Assembly (NCBI RefSeq): GCF_006345805.1
Contig: NC_042999.1
Span: forward strand, 49,538,001-49,602,000
Length of the DNA stretch: 64,000 bases
DNA from: Octopus sinensis
Lineage: Eukaryota
Direction of reading: 5' to 3'
Under the pieces are notes generated by a model. The model saw nothing but the letters and a program-made list of their open reading frames with translations. It made no database searches and had not been told where the DNA came from. Of the stretch, positions 22,757 to 36,121 are shown piece by piece. The translations under genes and the position numbers were made by a program. Numbering within the stretch: the first letter of the stretch is position 1; the number at the start of each line of letters is the position of its first letter.

Positions 22757-23715
22757 TCTTTTTTTCCTTCTTTCTTCAAATTTTCTTCCGTTTCTCGCCG
22801 AGTGTTTTCCGTACACCTAGGGCAGAGAAGCTCATTGTACGCATTCCCAGATTACATACGCAAATTCACAGGTAAAATATGTATTTAAAAATTTATAGAT
22901 AAATAAATTCATGAATAGATGTTTTCACAGCGATAATGCTCTTCCCAGTACATGAGCCGTTCCAGTTGACACGATTTTTTGCACTTCCTGTAGGGATGGT
23001 AAGCCTGGTATCATTTTCAAATAGGTTTCAGTACCATTTTTTAGCATTCCTAGCGCTCCTACAATCACTGGTACTGTAGACACCTTGAGATGCCACTTTT
23101 TTTTTCAATTTCTATTAGTAAGTCTTTATATTTACTGATCTTGTCAAATTCCTTCGCCGCTATATTGTGATCGCAAGGAATGCTCATGTTAATTAATAAA
23201 CACATCCTTTTTGTCTGATCTTTTATAATAATATCCGGTTTATTAGCTTTTATAGTTGTGTCAGTATGTACAGGGAAGTCTCAAAGAATCGACACATTTT
23301 CTCCTTCAGTCACAGCTGCAGGATGGTGTTTATGCCATTTGTCAGCGGTTTTGATTTTATAATGCCGACATATTGTCCAGTGTAAATACTGGACGACTCT
23401 CTCATGTCTTGCTTTATATTCTACAGGTGCTAAAACACTACACCCTGAGATTAGGTGGTCTATAGTTTCAATCTCATCGTTACAGAATCAGCATTTTGGG
23501 TCAGCTCCATTTTTATCCCATTGGCTTGGTAGTTCAGGGTTAATAAGCTTTGGTCTTGAACAGCTAATATGAAACCTTCACTCTCCGCTTTTAGCCCTGA
23601 GCTTCGTAACCATTGGTGCATGTGTTTCTGGTCGATATCAGCTTGTTTGCTATGGGTCACATAATTGCCATGCAGATGTTTCTGTTCCCATCTGCTAGCT
23701 AATTTTTCATGCGCT

Positions 23716-23720
<5 letters not shown>
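22757..23720 (-). mobile_element. R4/Dong-like non-LTR retrotransposon 3' fragment (CCHC + RLE + 3' UTR)
   Basis: KHLHGNY...WLRSSGLKAESEGFILAVQDQSL...DHLISGCSVLAPVEYKARH...HTDTTIKANKPDIIIKD...INMSIPCD; (TAA)n on both sides. Confidence 0.88.
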
Positions 23721-23774
<54 letters not shown>

Positions 23775-23789
23775 CATTATTATTATTAA

Positions 23790-23837
<48 letters not shown>

Positions 23838-23870
23838 TATTACTATTATTATTATTATTATTACTACTAC

Positions 23871-23914
<44 letters not shown>
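23720..23914. repeat. (ATT)n microsatellite
   Basis: Directly visible. Confidence 0.95.
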
Positions 23915-23916
<2 letters not shown>

Positions 23917-24210
23917 AGTTAGCTCGCCGAGCAAAATGCTTATTAGCATTTCGTCAGTAATTATATTCTAAATTCAATTCAAATTCCACCGAGGTAGACT
24001 TTACCTCTTCATCCTTTCGAGATCGATGAAATGCGTAACAATTGATAACTGGGCTCGATATAATGGATTTACATTTGCTCCCAAAATTGTTCAAATACTA
24101 CCGAGGATGACTTTGCCTTTCATCCTCTCGGAGTTGGGGTTGATAAAATATATACTAATCAAGTACTGGAGTCGACATAATCGACTTACTCCTTACTGAT
24201 GCTAAAATTT
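23915..24210 (+). mobile_element. Degenerate CORE-SINE fragments
   Basis: TTCAAATTCCACCGAGGTAGACTTT..CATCCTTTCGAGATCGAT and a second GACTTTGCCTTTCATCC core. Confidence 0.6.
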
Positions 24211-24219
24211 GAAGCAACT

Positions 24220-24456
24220 ATGATTGTTGTAGTTGTTGTAGTTGTTGTTGTTGGTGGTGGTGGTGGTGCTGCTGCTGCTGCTGTTGTTGTTATTGTTGTT
24301 GAGGATGAGGATGATGATGATGATGATGATCATCATCATCATGATCGTGATGGTGGTGGTGGTGGTGGTGATGATGATGATGGTGGTGGTTGTGGTGGTG
24401 GTGGTGGTGATGATGGTGATGATGATGTTGGTGGTGGTGGTGGTGGGGATGATGAC

Positions 24457-24487
<31 letters not shown>

Positions 24488-24575
24488 GTAGTGGTGGTGG
24501 TGGTGGTGGTGATGATGATGATGATGGTAGCAGTGGTGGTGGTGGTGTGGTGGTGGTGGTGGGGTAATGATGATG
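24220..24575. repeat. (GTT)/(GGT)/(GAT)/(CAT) compound trinucleotide repeat
   Basis: Directly visible. Confidence 0.95.
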
Positions 24576-26402
24576 ATGTTACAGTTTATTGCTGAAGCTG
24601 GACGAGCTTTCGAAGCTCATTGAGCTTGTGTTCTTGCTTCTCTTTCTAGAAGCCTGTTTTTGTTTAATTTATTATTTAATTTACCAGAACCATAAGGGAC
24701 ACTGATCAACCATGTTTTTTTTTTTGCTCACCTTCCGGGACTAAAATTTTAATGGAAAGAAATTTCTTCGAAACAGACAAAAAAAATTTTCAAAAAAAAT
24801 ATAACCGTGTCTTTATCGTTCAGTCAGTGAGAGAAGAACGTGGGTGGATTTATTGCAAGCGAAACTGCCTTTCGCCATAATTTCCTCCCACAAAATACAA
24901 CAGACTTAGTAGTAACTAAAATAGTAGCAACAGTATCAGTAGTAACGACAATACCAACAACTAAACCAGCAGGAATAACTATATCGAAAAAAGCAGTGGT
25001 GAAAATAGTAAAAATGTTTCTTCTACCATGATCACTAACATTTTCTCTCTCATCTTACTACGCATTGTGCAGGAACATTTAGAAAAGGAAGAGAAATACA
25101 TCAGCACACTAGGATAGAGGAAAGTTACGTACAGTTTGCTGCAACGCTTTTTAGACTACACAAAAAGGAAAATAACTTGTGATGTTGTTTACCGATGTAA
25201 CACACACAGTAGAGCATATATCTTGAGTTTAAGCTGGAATGTGGCTAAAAACACATTAGTTTTGTGGGGCATACTCATATTTCGGATACCTCTGAGTTCT
25301 CCACTGGCAAATGATAGCTCAGAAGCACTGAACCGCCCCACAAAGAACTGAAGATTTCACAATGATGCCGATTTACCGGGGATGAAGAGTGATCCGAGTA
25401 AACATCTCAAACAAACCCGCAGAACTAAACTTTCGGTAGGTTGTGAAACGCCTAGTTTTTATAGACCCTGTCTCGCAGCTACAAATACAAAGAATCTGTT
25501 AAGAAAATTGGATTGGAATAGAACTGAAGATTTTAATTCAGCTCAAAACTAAAACACTGGACAAAATCCCCAACCTAATAATAACAGTAAGTGGTAGGAC
25601 ATGAGAGAAGTTCTTGATGCTACAACAACGGAAACTCTAGTCACCTCGAGGCGTTCTGCTCTCAACAGCAACGGAAAATGTCGTCGGAAAAACGGTCTCC
25701 AATACTGCCAAACCCAGTATTTTGTTGTATTAGTTTTGTATTGTGTGTTGTTTGTGTAGTGCAGGTTGTTTTCTTCTAACAGGTATCAGCTTTCTATGCC
25801 ATATGTTGTTGAGGGCATTGTTCATTTTGATGGGTATTTACACTATGAGTTTATTCCTATATGTTTTCGGAGAAGTACATAGTAGTGTGTGAAATTCATA
25901 AATCATAGTATTTATGGTTATCTGTCCGTTGTTCTTTCTCTTTTGGTTGGTTTTGTTATGGGTTCGTTTTTACAGTGTTTACTTTTTTAACTGAACACCG
26001 CATGTGTTGATGTTTCTTTCGTAGATATAATTATTATTGATGTATCAACGATAGACCTAGAAGAAAATAGCAATGTGCAGGTCTTACATAAATATGGATG
26101 GATGTGTAATTAAAATTTAAAATCTAAAAATTTTACTCACATGTTTGCAGTTTTCATATAGAGACTTTGTATTGTCTACGTTTTTACGCCCATGTTGCCG
26201 TCTAAGGGGAAGCTATTTTTTGTATGTATATACTCCATATATGAAAGATCTTTCAGTTTCCTAAGATGGCTTGCATTAAGACAAAGCTTTCTTTCATGAT
26301 TTTTGCGGATTCTAAATTCCTGTTTCGTAATGGTTTCACATTTTATCTATCATCTCGACAGCTCGCTGTCACACGTCCATGTTGTTTGATATTCGCTGCG
26401 AC

Positions 26403-26524
<122 letters not shown>

Positions 26525-26559
26525 CAGCAGCAGCAGTAGTAGTAGTATTTATGTTTTTA

Positions 26560-26836
26560 TTTAGTTATTTTTAAACTGCATATTTGTTGCAATCACTTGC
26601 CAGGACAAACCCAGCACCCCGAGGCCAGTGAAGGATAAGAGATGATACAATATGATTGAAAGCTTGGGGAGAGGAAGTGGCAGGAACAGTAGCGAAATAA
26701 CTTCATGTATTACGATACAGACATTTAAATTGATAAGGTCTTTCAAAGGATGTAGACAGATCTTGTCAGCACAAACTTTTGGATTTCTCTGACCCATAGT
26801 TCTCCTGGGATGTTGTCTAGATGTTTCTGACATTCC
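26560..26836 (-). mobile_element. R4/Dong-like element extreme 3' end (third family)
   Basis: Minus strand ECQKHLDNIPGELWVREIQKFVLTRSVYIL*KTLSI* resembles the RLE C-terminus; a 3' UTR and (TAC)/(TAA) repeats follow. Confidence 0.65.
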
Positions 26837-28552
26837 TTTTTTCCTTTTATTTCTTCTTCTTCTTCTTCTTCCTCTTCTTCCTATTCTTCTGCCTCTTCTT
26901 CCTATTCTTCTTCTTGAAGTTCTTCTTATCATTATTATTATTATTATTATTATTGAAATATTATATATATGCACATCGTATACATACATATACATACAAA
27001 TATAGAGACACACACACAAATGCATACAGATTGCTTATGCTACGTCCACATGTTCGATTGTTTTTTCTTTTTCTTTGTATATTTTTGAATTGATTACATA
27101 TATATACCTGTTATATGGATAATGTTTTATTTTGGTGGCTATAGAAAACACTATTTGTATGGCTCCGTGTATATATCGCATACGTATTAATTCTGTCGAA
27201 TCTCTTACCAACGAGTTTTTGCGATTATTGATAGATACAGAATATATGACATTACCCACATGTCTTTTGTAAAACATTTGTAATATGTGTTCACATACAT
27301 ATATTTCTTGAGGCAGTTTCTTGCCAGTTAGTACTTCGTTTGTGCTTCAGAGCCGAAGCCTTGATAGTGAACAGGAATTCGGATTGTCAATATATTTATT
27401 TTTTTAAATATTGTTTAGAACTTTCAACGGTTTCGTATTTAATTCATCCTTTTGAAACCGATATGAAATTTGTACGAAATAATAATGAACCTGAAATATT
27501 ATGTTCATATAGAATACAAGCAACGCAAAGACTTCATACATATAATGGAAATTACAGGTAAGGAAAGAATATCTGAGGCCCAAAAGGTATTGTCTATTTC
27601 GTTTCCTACAATTCTGCTTTATATAACACAATAAAAATTTTCGATTATTTTCAGAAAATTTTACATACAAAATGAATGTTTTATAGCTTAACTATTTTGA
27701 CAACACACAGTCTGAGTAAATTATTTTTTAGCTGGCACGTAACGCATTGTCAAATTGAAATCGTAGAAGAGTTTGTGTTATTCAAGGACATACAAATAGA
27801 TAATTCAATTTAACATACTGCATTGCAGCATGTTAAATTTAAGTGTCGAGCTTCTCAGTTTCAGCAATATATTGAAAATTCATGACCGCCATATCGTACA
27901 TTGTACTACAGTTTGATAATATTATCTATAACTAGCGCAGATGCGGGACGAATCTGTAACCGGTTCATACACATAAAAATGGGCCTTCATTTTACAATGG
28001 GTGATGATAGATTGTCTGATTTATCTTTGTTCTCAATGAAAGACAGTTGGTTACTGAGATACATCGTAATAAAGTAATAGATAACAGAGCAAGAAAGAAG
28101 ACGAGACGAAAGAGTCTGTGCTATTTACTACGTATATTTTCCAATTCTTTTTGTTTTAGGTTCTATTTTTTCTTTTTTTTTTTCTTTTTGTGTTTATCAT
28201 TTAAGATATAAAATTATCAAATAACAGAATTTATTTTTATTACTGTGTTTTGATGTTAAATGAAATATAGATTTATGAGTTTACTGCAAAACATTTTTTA
28301 TGATGTTTTGATTTTAACAACAAAATAACAATTACCTACTTCCTTTAACATTGTATCTTCATTGTTTCTGTATTATATAAAATGCAAATTGAAAATATAT
28401 AATAATTTTTAAATATTTGGTACATGTCCAGGTGCCTTATTTTATATGCTCGCTTTTCCTAACTTCAGAACTTGGCTATGCATACATTCATGCACGCATG
28501 TCTATATTCATATGTATAGACGTAATCATATGCACGCGCACACAGACACACA

Positions 28553-28600
<48 letters not shown>

Positions 28601-28650
28601 CATATATATGCATATATATACATACAAAATATAATATACAATACGTAGAA

Positions 28651-28736
<86 letters not shown>

Positions 28737-29910
28737 TAGGATAAAATTTTTCGAAAATAATTTTATCAGTGGCCAGCATATTAAAAAAGACCTTTTAATA
28801 TTAAACTTATAAGTTATATATATATATATATATATATATGCATATATATATACACGCAAAATATAATATAATACAATACGTAGAAACATATATATATATA
28901 TATGCACACACAAAAGTAGGCAAAATATATGAACGTTTATATGCTGTGTTTGCATGCGCGTGCGCATGTGTGTGCACATTGATGGAAATAGCTTCGGGAA
29001 ATCAGGCATATAGTGAAGTTGATTAAGTGAGTGATCCATTAAAGTATAGTAAGGTAATCTTTTGACGATGTTTTAATTCCCCAGTTTAGCCTTGAATATC
29101 CACAAGCGTCCCCAACAGTATCGTTATGGTGGTATGTGTATATGCAAGACCTTAGAATGTTTACGAAGTTCATGTCGATATATGAATCTATTATTTATAA
29201 CATCTGTTGTTTTTTGATAAACATCCAAGCCAGCGGCTTCCGTACATTAATCAGTAAGTAATCAATCCTAAATTTTTTCGCAGCTATTTTTCACAAACGA
29301 TAATCACAAAAAAAAGTTTATAAATATTTGGATTTAGTGTTAAGCTGCTAAAAATTTAACAACTGGTGTTTTCGTTGAGCTTTACAAATTTATACACCGG
29401 TTTTGTATTTTTAAAAATCCTATTTCGGCCATTAGACATCGATAGTCGCTTCAGAATTTTTTTCAATATTGGAAATTAATAATGAAATACTTTTATTATG
29501 GAATAAATTCGTCCGCTGCATATATTTTATTGAATACACTTACTGTTTTAAAGTGTAAACATATTTCTGACATGCTATTTATGTACGCAATATATAGGTA
29601 AATATTTTGAAATAACACATTTTAAAATAACCGACATAAAAAATGAATATCAATGAATAATCAATAAAGGTATAGAAGAAACAGATTATGTTTTTGATTT
29701 AAGTTTTGATTTAGTTAGAGATACAATTAGAGAAAACATTGTTCCCGCATGGCAATAAATATACTTTCAAATGTTCGATATTACTATACAAATATTCTGA
29801 TTTAGCCCCAACACCAATACGATTTTTTAGATAACTATTAAATAGCCGTCTTGATATGCAATTTACTAGCTTAAAATTTGTACCGGGATGAGCCAGAGAT
29901 TCGGTATGTT

Positions 29911-29973
<63 letters not shown>

Positions 29974-29974
<1 letters not shown>

Positions 29975-31095
29975 TAGCATTAAAGTCCCGTCGTTGCCGG
30001 ATCATAGTGCTAGTGCATGTATATATGTGTATATATATGTGTACATATTACATGTACATCTATATATATACATCTACACATAAAATACAAAATACAAAGT
30101 TATATCTTGATATCGCTAGTGATAACAATACTCAAAATATATAACAGATTGGAATTGTTAGCCCGTCTCTTGTAATTTCGATCAATTGTATTTTGTCCTC
30201 CCTCTTGTATAGAAGTGTGGCATTTTAAAACTTTTTTCCGGGACGTCCTACGTCCCAGATATAATGTAAAAATAAAATATTTTCACTTTGCAAGATCGAG
30301 TCGAGTACTCCCTTACACGCCCCGTTGACTCGAACCTTGCTTCTATTGTAGCGAATTTACCGCCTCTGATTAGATACCTTTCATAGACGCACCAAGACAC
30401 TTTTCGAAGGTGCTTTCCTCCATGTGTTCAAATCTTCTTTTTTCTCTACATTGTATAGACAATAGTCTTTTCTTTAATTTAATTTTTTATTATCCATCTG
30501 GACTATTCCATTCCTGCACGCTAATTTTATTTTTAATTTATTCCCATTCATGTGAAACCACTTATTCAAGTTCAAGTCATTGATGCAATTTTATACCAAT
30601 TGCTATTTTTACTATTGTTATGGTACTTTAGTTTGATTTTAATTATTACTTACTACATATAATTCAATTGTTATTATTATTTTTATTGTTAAAGTGAAAG
30701 TATCTGACATAAAATAGAGAAACGTTTTTGTTTCACTTTTAACACGTAATACTGAAATAGTGGAGCAGATATGATATTGCTATGGGCACGTTCTAGGAAA
30801 GAACTTGAACATTGTTTTTGCCCATGAAACTACGTGGACCCTAAGTAAGGCATGTGTAAAATTTGAATGGAATTGGTTGTGTAGTTCTCAAGTTTTAGGG
30901 AATCGTAGTGGAGAAGATATGATATTGCTGTGGGCTCGCCCTAGGCAAAAAGTTAAAACATTTTTGCCAATAACACTCCCCGGACCCTAAGCAAGACATG
31001 TGTAAAATTTGAATGAAATTGGTTGTGTAGTTCTCAAGTTTTAGGGAAACACACAGACAGACAGACACACATTCTCAGTTTTATATATATAAAGA
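29974..31095 (-). mobile_element. Non-autonomous Helitron-like element (~1.1 kb)
   Basis: Minus strand 5' A^TCTTTATATATATAAAACTGAGAATGTGTGTCTGTCTG and 3' GC-rich hairpin CCGGCAACGACGGG then CTAG^T, giving an A/T insertion site; two tandem subterminal repeats at 30835-31050. Confidence 0.75.
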
Positions 31096-32004
31096 TATAT
31101 ATATATATATAACTTACTTGGAAAATGATGCGTGGCGTTCGATCATATAATAATATAAATAATATATAAATATATGCATATATACATACATATATGTACA
31201 TACCTACATATATATGTATATATACATGCATATACGGGTACAGGACATCAAAAAATCGTTGAACACAATGAGAAACGAAAACATAAAAACAAAAACATGG
31301 AAACGAACTTTTTTCGAACAATGAAAAAAACAAACAGAGAAACGGGATATACTACATAAAGAATATTCCTCTTCTTCAGTTGTCCAAAGGCTTTTAGTTC
31401 TTATTTATAGCAATGCAGTTGCTATCCTGCACCGTCGGTCACAATTAGTGACAACTGAATCTTTCCTTTTTGTTTTTATATTGCTTATAGCCGCCTTCGT
31501 TGTTTTATAGATAGATAGACAGATAGAGAAAGAGAGAGAGAGAGAGATGTGAGTATGGGGGTTAATGTGATATACAAAATTTTTGTTGTAATTCAAAATA
31601 TACTTGTTAAATAGATGCGATAATTTCTACTCGTGTTTAATATTTTTAAAATGTATTTAATCAACAAAAGTATTCAAGAATGAAAATATTTCCCTTCTAA
31701 TTATTGAGCGGTATTGCCGCATTTTTACATCATGAAATAAACATTATTAATAATTAATTATTAAGAAACAAATATCAGCACTTCTATTTTATTTCTCATT
31801 TTTAAAATTAAATATTTACAACCTTATTAATTTGCATAAATTATTGCGTTCCTTATTAATTATTACAATAATACTGTTCTAATTGTTTGTTGGGCTTTTA
31901 GGAAGTAATGATAGCCTACAGTGGAAGCAAGAGATAAGTTTATTAATGAAGACAGGTGTAGTGTCTCATCGCTCATGATCTAGCGAAAATGAAGGAGGAT
32001 AGTG

Positions 32005-32228
32005 AAAATATTCTTTTCTACTCTAGGCACAATTTTTTTTTGCAGGGGGGGGCAGTCGATTAGATTGACCCCAGTACGCAACTGGTATTTAATCTATCGA
32101 CCCCGAAAGAATGAAAGGCAAAGTCACCCTTGGCAGAATTTGAACTCAGAACGTAAAGAAGGCTAGCAAAACTATTACGAAGAAACAGATATTTACTACG
32201 ATATGGGCTAACGTGGCAAGGAAGGTGT
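32005..32228 (-). mobile_element. CORE-SINE
   Basis: AACTGGTATTTAATCTATCGACCCCGAAAGAATGAAAGGCAAAGTC...GAACTCAGAACG. Confidence 0.8.
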
Positions 32229-32529
32229 ATGTGTGTGTGTATGCATGTATGCATGTATGTATGTATGCACTTTCCATATTATTTACTATGCATATATGCA
32301 TACATATTTGATATTATATTCTATATGCAAATCATTATACTATTTAACCAATGGCTTACACTCTATATTTATTTTATGTCCCAAATGTTCTCTTATCTAG
32401 AGTCATTTAGTTACCCGAACAGCAGCAAAATGCAAAAGGTTGTTTAATCTCAAAACTACAGTAAATATATGTACACACGCACACACACACGCACACAAAC
32501 ATTCACATGTACACATATATACATGTGCA

Positions 32530-32661
32530 TATATAAGAATTTTTTGCGTAATGAGATAAAAAGAAACCAAGGCTGGTAGATATTAGAACATTTATAGAAA
32601 TGTTCTAATATCTACACAGCCTTGGTTTTTTTTATCTCATTACGCAAAAAATTCTTATATA
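32530..32661. repeat. Near-perfect 132 bp palindrome (~64 bp arms, 4 nt loop)
   Basis: TATATAAGAATTTTTTGCGTAATGAGATAAAA...TTAGAACATTT-ATAG-AAATGTTCTAA...TTTTATCTCATTACGCAAAAAATTCTTATATA. Confidence 0.95.
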
Positions 32662-32816
32662 CACACGCTGACATATGACCAACGTTGAACCTCTTATTCG
32701 CAAAATCACCGAACCTGGAACTTAACTATGGTCTGTCTATAGCTTATTTAGCATTACCTGACACCTTTGGGTCTCAATGACACCATTACCTCTCATAAAC
32801 ATATGAATATATATAT

Positions 32817-32855
<39 letters not shown>

Positions 32856-32856
32856 C

Positions 32857-32985
32857 ATCAGCCGAAATTGCGAAGATGATCCGGTTCTTGACTGAAGATT
32901 AGAGGCTTCGAATGCCCCGTCCGTTTTTTGTGTTGTCTATTTGAATGTTTTGCGTTCTTGTCCCATTTTGTATTTATATATATAT
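32857..32985 (-). mobile_element. Penelope-like repeat fragment (same family as 42.5-43.5 kb and 49.4 kb)
   Basis: CAGCCGAAATTGCGAAGATGATCCGGTTCTTGACTGAAG...TTCGAATG...TGTCCCATTTTGTAT is shared with those loci. Confidence 0.6.
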
Positions 32986-33664
32986 ATATATATATATGAA
33001 ACATGCATATATATACATATGCATTTCCAGTTATCGACAGGCTTATGCCCTTTGTTCAAGTTAGCCCGAGAAAAAAATTTGCCTTTTAATTTTTCCGAGG
33101 TTAATAAACTAAGTACTAGTTCATGCATCGTTGTTAATTGTAAAAAGTCTTCCTTTTCTCTCACTCAGCTTTTCAGTCTATCGACCTCTCTTTTTGAAAG
33201 AAATCAGTTTTGTTCAGTCCTGTACATGCATAATTTTTGCCTTCTTCTAAAATGACTCTAGATGTGTTATGTATCTTTATCAAGGTTCTGAACGTACAAA
33301 ACACGCGAACAAAAAATATTCGTTAAAAAAATTTTTAACACAACTATCCTCAGTATGTTTGCTTATGAGAATATATATAATTACATAAAACATGTATATA
33401 TATTTCTATTATAGTTATAGCTAAACATAAATAGATCGAGATAATAATCAAATTATCAGTATTAAGCTCGGATAACACCGGTTACTAATGCATAAACAAC
33501 ATTTAATAAATGACTCGGACATCAACATAAATTCGTGGAAGATCAGGTTTTGTCTTCTTTTTCAGTTTTTCATCAACAGATTTTTATTTAACTCATCATT
33601 TTTAATTCCTATTTTAGCATCTTTATTCCGAGTTAAACAGTCATTCAAAACAAAACAAGAAGCC

Positions 33665-33678
33665 ATCATCATCATCCG

Positions 33679-33749
<71 letters not shown>

Positions 33750-33850
33750 TGATAGTTATCATCAGTAATGTAAGCAACAACAACAGCACAACAGGAGCAG
33801 CAGGACTAGCTGAACAGAAATATTCTTACTACTACTACTACTACTACTAC

Positions 33851-33900
<50 letters not shown>

Positions 33901-34113
33901 GTGATAATAATAGCCCTGATGCTCCTTCTGCGCGGGACGTAAGACGGAGATTCTAGCTTTCGAAATCCGGATTGCAAATTATTTGCCTGATTAAACTCAG
34001 ACGGCCGAACGATATTTCACAGTTCAAGATTTCTGACTGCACTGGACCGTAATGATAATAATCATAAGACCCACAACAACAACAACAACAACAACAACAA
34101 TAATAATAATAAC

Positions 34114-34145
<32 letters not shown>

Positions 34146-34228
34146 CAACGATGATGGTAACAACAACAACAACAACAATAATAATAATAATAATAATAAT
34201 AATGATGATGATGATGATGATGATGATT
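33665..34228. repeat. (CAT)/(CGT)/(TAC)/(TAA)/(CAA)/(GAT) microsatellite cluster with a 138 bp insert at 33913-34050
   Basis: Directly visible. Confidence 0.9.
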
Positions 34229-34435
34229 TTGGCTGACGACCAGCTATTTCGGGAGAGAGAGTAAGTCGATTACATAGACCCCTTCCCCAGTACTCAGGTG
34301 GTACTTATTTTATCGTGCCCGAAAGGATGAAGGGCAAAGTTGACCCTGACGGTATTTGATCTTAGTACGTAATGAGTGTTAGAAGTGCCGCTAAGCGTGT
34401 AGTCCGACGCGCAAACGATCCTCCCAGCTCCCCAC
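34228..34435 (-). mobile_element. CORE-SINE, diverged
   Basis: GTCGATTACATAGACCCC...GGTACTTATTTTATCG..CCCGAAAGGATGAAGGGCAAAGTTGACC. Confidence 0.75.
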
Positions 34436-34484
34436 CATAATGATGAAGGATGTATGAATAGTAATCCATTCATCCGCCAATCTA

Positions 34485-35041
34485 TTGGGTTGTCTGGAAA
34501 GTTCGTAGCTTACTTTTCGACTTATTTTAGAACATGGTTGAGTCCATAAAATAGGATTTGACTACACCTCCATTTAGAGCACAGTTTTAGCTATCTTTTC
34601 GTGGAAGAAGGTTTATGTTCTTATAACCTGTGTTAATTCTGTAACCCTTTAAATTGGAAGATAAGAAAGTTCATTTTCGGCACTTGATGCTTTGAAAACC
34701 AGACAAAAATTGCTGCAGCTCGGCTAGGATGTGTTACCGCACCCTCCATATTCACCAGATATTGCTCCTTCAGATTTCCACTTATTCAGGTCTCTCTCTG
34801 CAGAATAGTCTTAATGGTAAAAATTTCAATTCCTTGGATGACGTAAAAAGATACCTGGATGAATTATTTGCCATGAAACCATTTTTATTCTGGGAAGAAG
34901 GTATTTTCAAGTTAAAGGAAAGATGGAGGCGCATTGTGCAACAAAATGGTTCATATTTGTTTGATTAATAATGTAATGGCAACTATTTATTGACCATTTT
35001 CTTTCCTTTAAAAATCGGCACGAACTTTCCGGACAATCCAA
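34485..35041 (+). mobile_element. Internally deleted mariner (DD34D) transposon with both TIRs and TA TSD
   Basis: TA-TTGGGTTGTCTGGAAAGTTCG...CGAACTTTCCGGACAATCCAA-TA; encodes HPPYSPDIAPSDFHLFRSL...WEEGIFKLKERWRRIVQQNGSY. Confidence 0.92.
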
Positions 35042-35069
35042 TATATTCGCCACCTACAATTCCTAAGAT

Positions 35070-35330
35070 AGCCGTAGTCGTAGTGTCCTCAAGTACCTCA
35101 TTCATGGGGTCCTGTCGGAAGCAACGGATATTTGACTTTCCGGGGAATTCTCAAGCGTGATCAACTGAGACTATGGGTATTATTCAATCATCTCGTTCTT
35201 GGTTCCCCCCCCCCCACTAGATCTCTTGCCGGTTAGCTCAGCTGGAAGAATCCGCCTTGCAGTTTTCTTTCCTGCACATTCTAATCACATACACGCAATA
35301 CCGGTGCCGTGACCTCTCAATGTGGATAAG
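35070..35330 (-). mobile_element. RTE-clade LINE 3' fragment, decayed
   Basis: Minus strand LLIHIERSRHRYCVYVIRM...ARRILPAELTGKRS.GGPRTR*LNN...VASDR resembles the RTE post-RT region (RWxGHVxRM...GKRxRGRPRTRW). Confidence 0.6.
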
Positions 35331-36052
35331 TAGCGACATAACCGGGAGAAATTCCTTTGACCTCCGACCTACGCACAAAGCCATCTATTTCGAGGGGAGG
35401 ACTAAGTCGATTACATCAACCACAATACTTTGCTGGTCATTTATTTTACTGATTCTGAGCTAATTGAAGTTAGAAAATAAGATAAATGTTCTTTCAATTC
35501 TTAGTGAAACCAGTAACAAAAAACATGCAAAAATGCAAGGCAGATGCTTCAGAAATATTGACGGTTAAATAAAAACGAGTCAACACTGTCCAGCGGGTCA
35601 GGGATATCATAACTGTTAAACACCGTGGATCGATGACAGGTCTTACCCCAGAACCTTACTGGCGCTTTGTCCTCCATAGAAGTATGGTATTCGAGGAGAT
35701 TATAGAGAAGTGATGGAAAGAAAGCAGTTTATATCTAGCAAAATCCTGATTCATGTTTTAGCTTTTTATTGAGACTGTGTGTGTGTGTGTGTGTATGTGT
35801 GTTTGTTTGCATTTGTCTGAGTGTGAAAACACGAAGTTTATTAAATGTATTTGAATACATATAAGTGAGGCGTTAACTATGTTTTGAATATATTTTTCCA
35901 GCAAACTGAAAATTTTGCTTTACTTTTGAACAAACGTTAGATAACTAAAACCTCCCACACACAAAACCCAAACACACATGCACATGTACACACATGTGCA
36001 ATAATTATGTGGATATATATACACATACACACACATATATATATATATATAC

Positions 36053-36121
<69 letters not shown>

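Noticed and set aside
27510-29120. Plus-strand AG...GT exon-like segments (~27510-27556, ~29071-29117) and similar ones at 39.6, 53.07 and 57.0 kb
   Set aside because: The peptides are short and unrecognisable; such splice-like signals are expected by chance in 64 kb.
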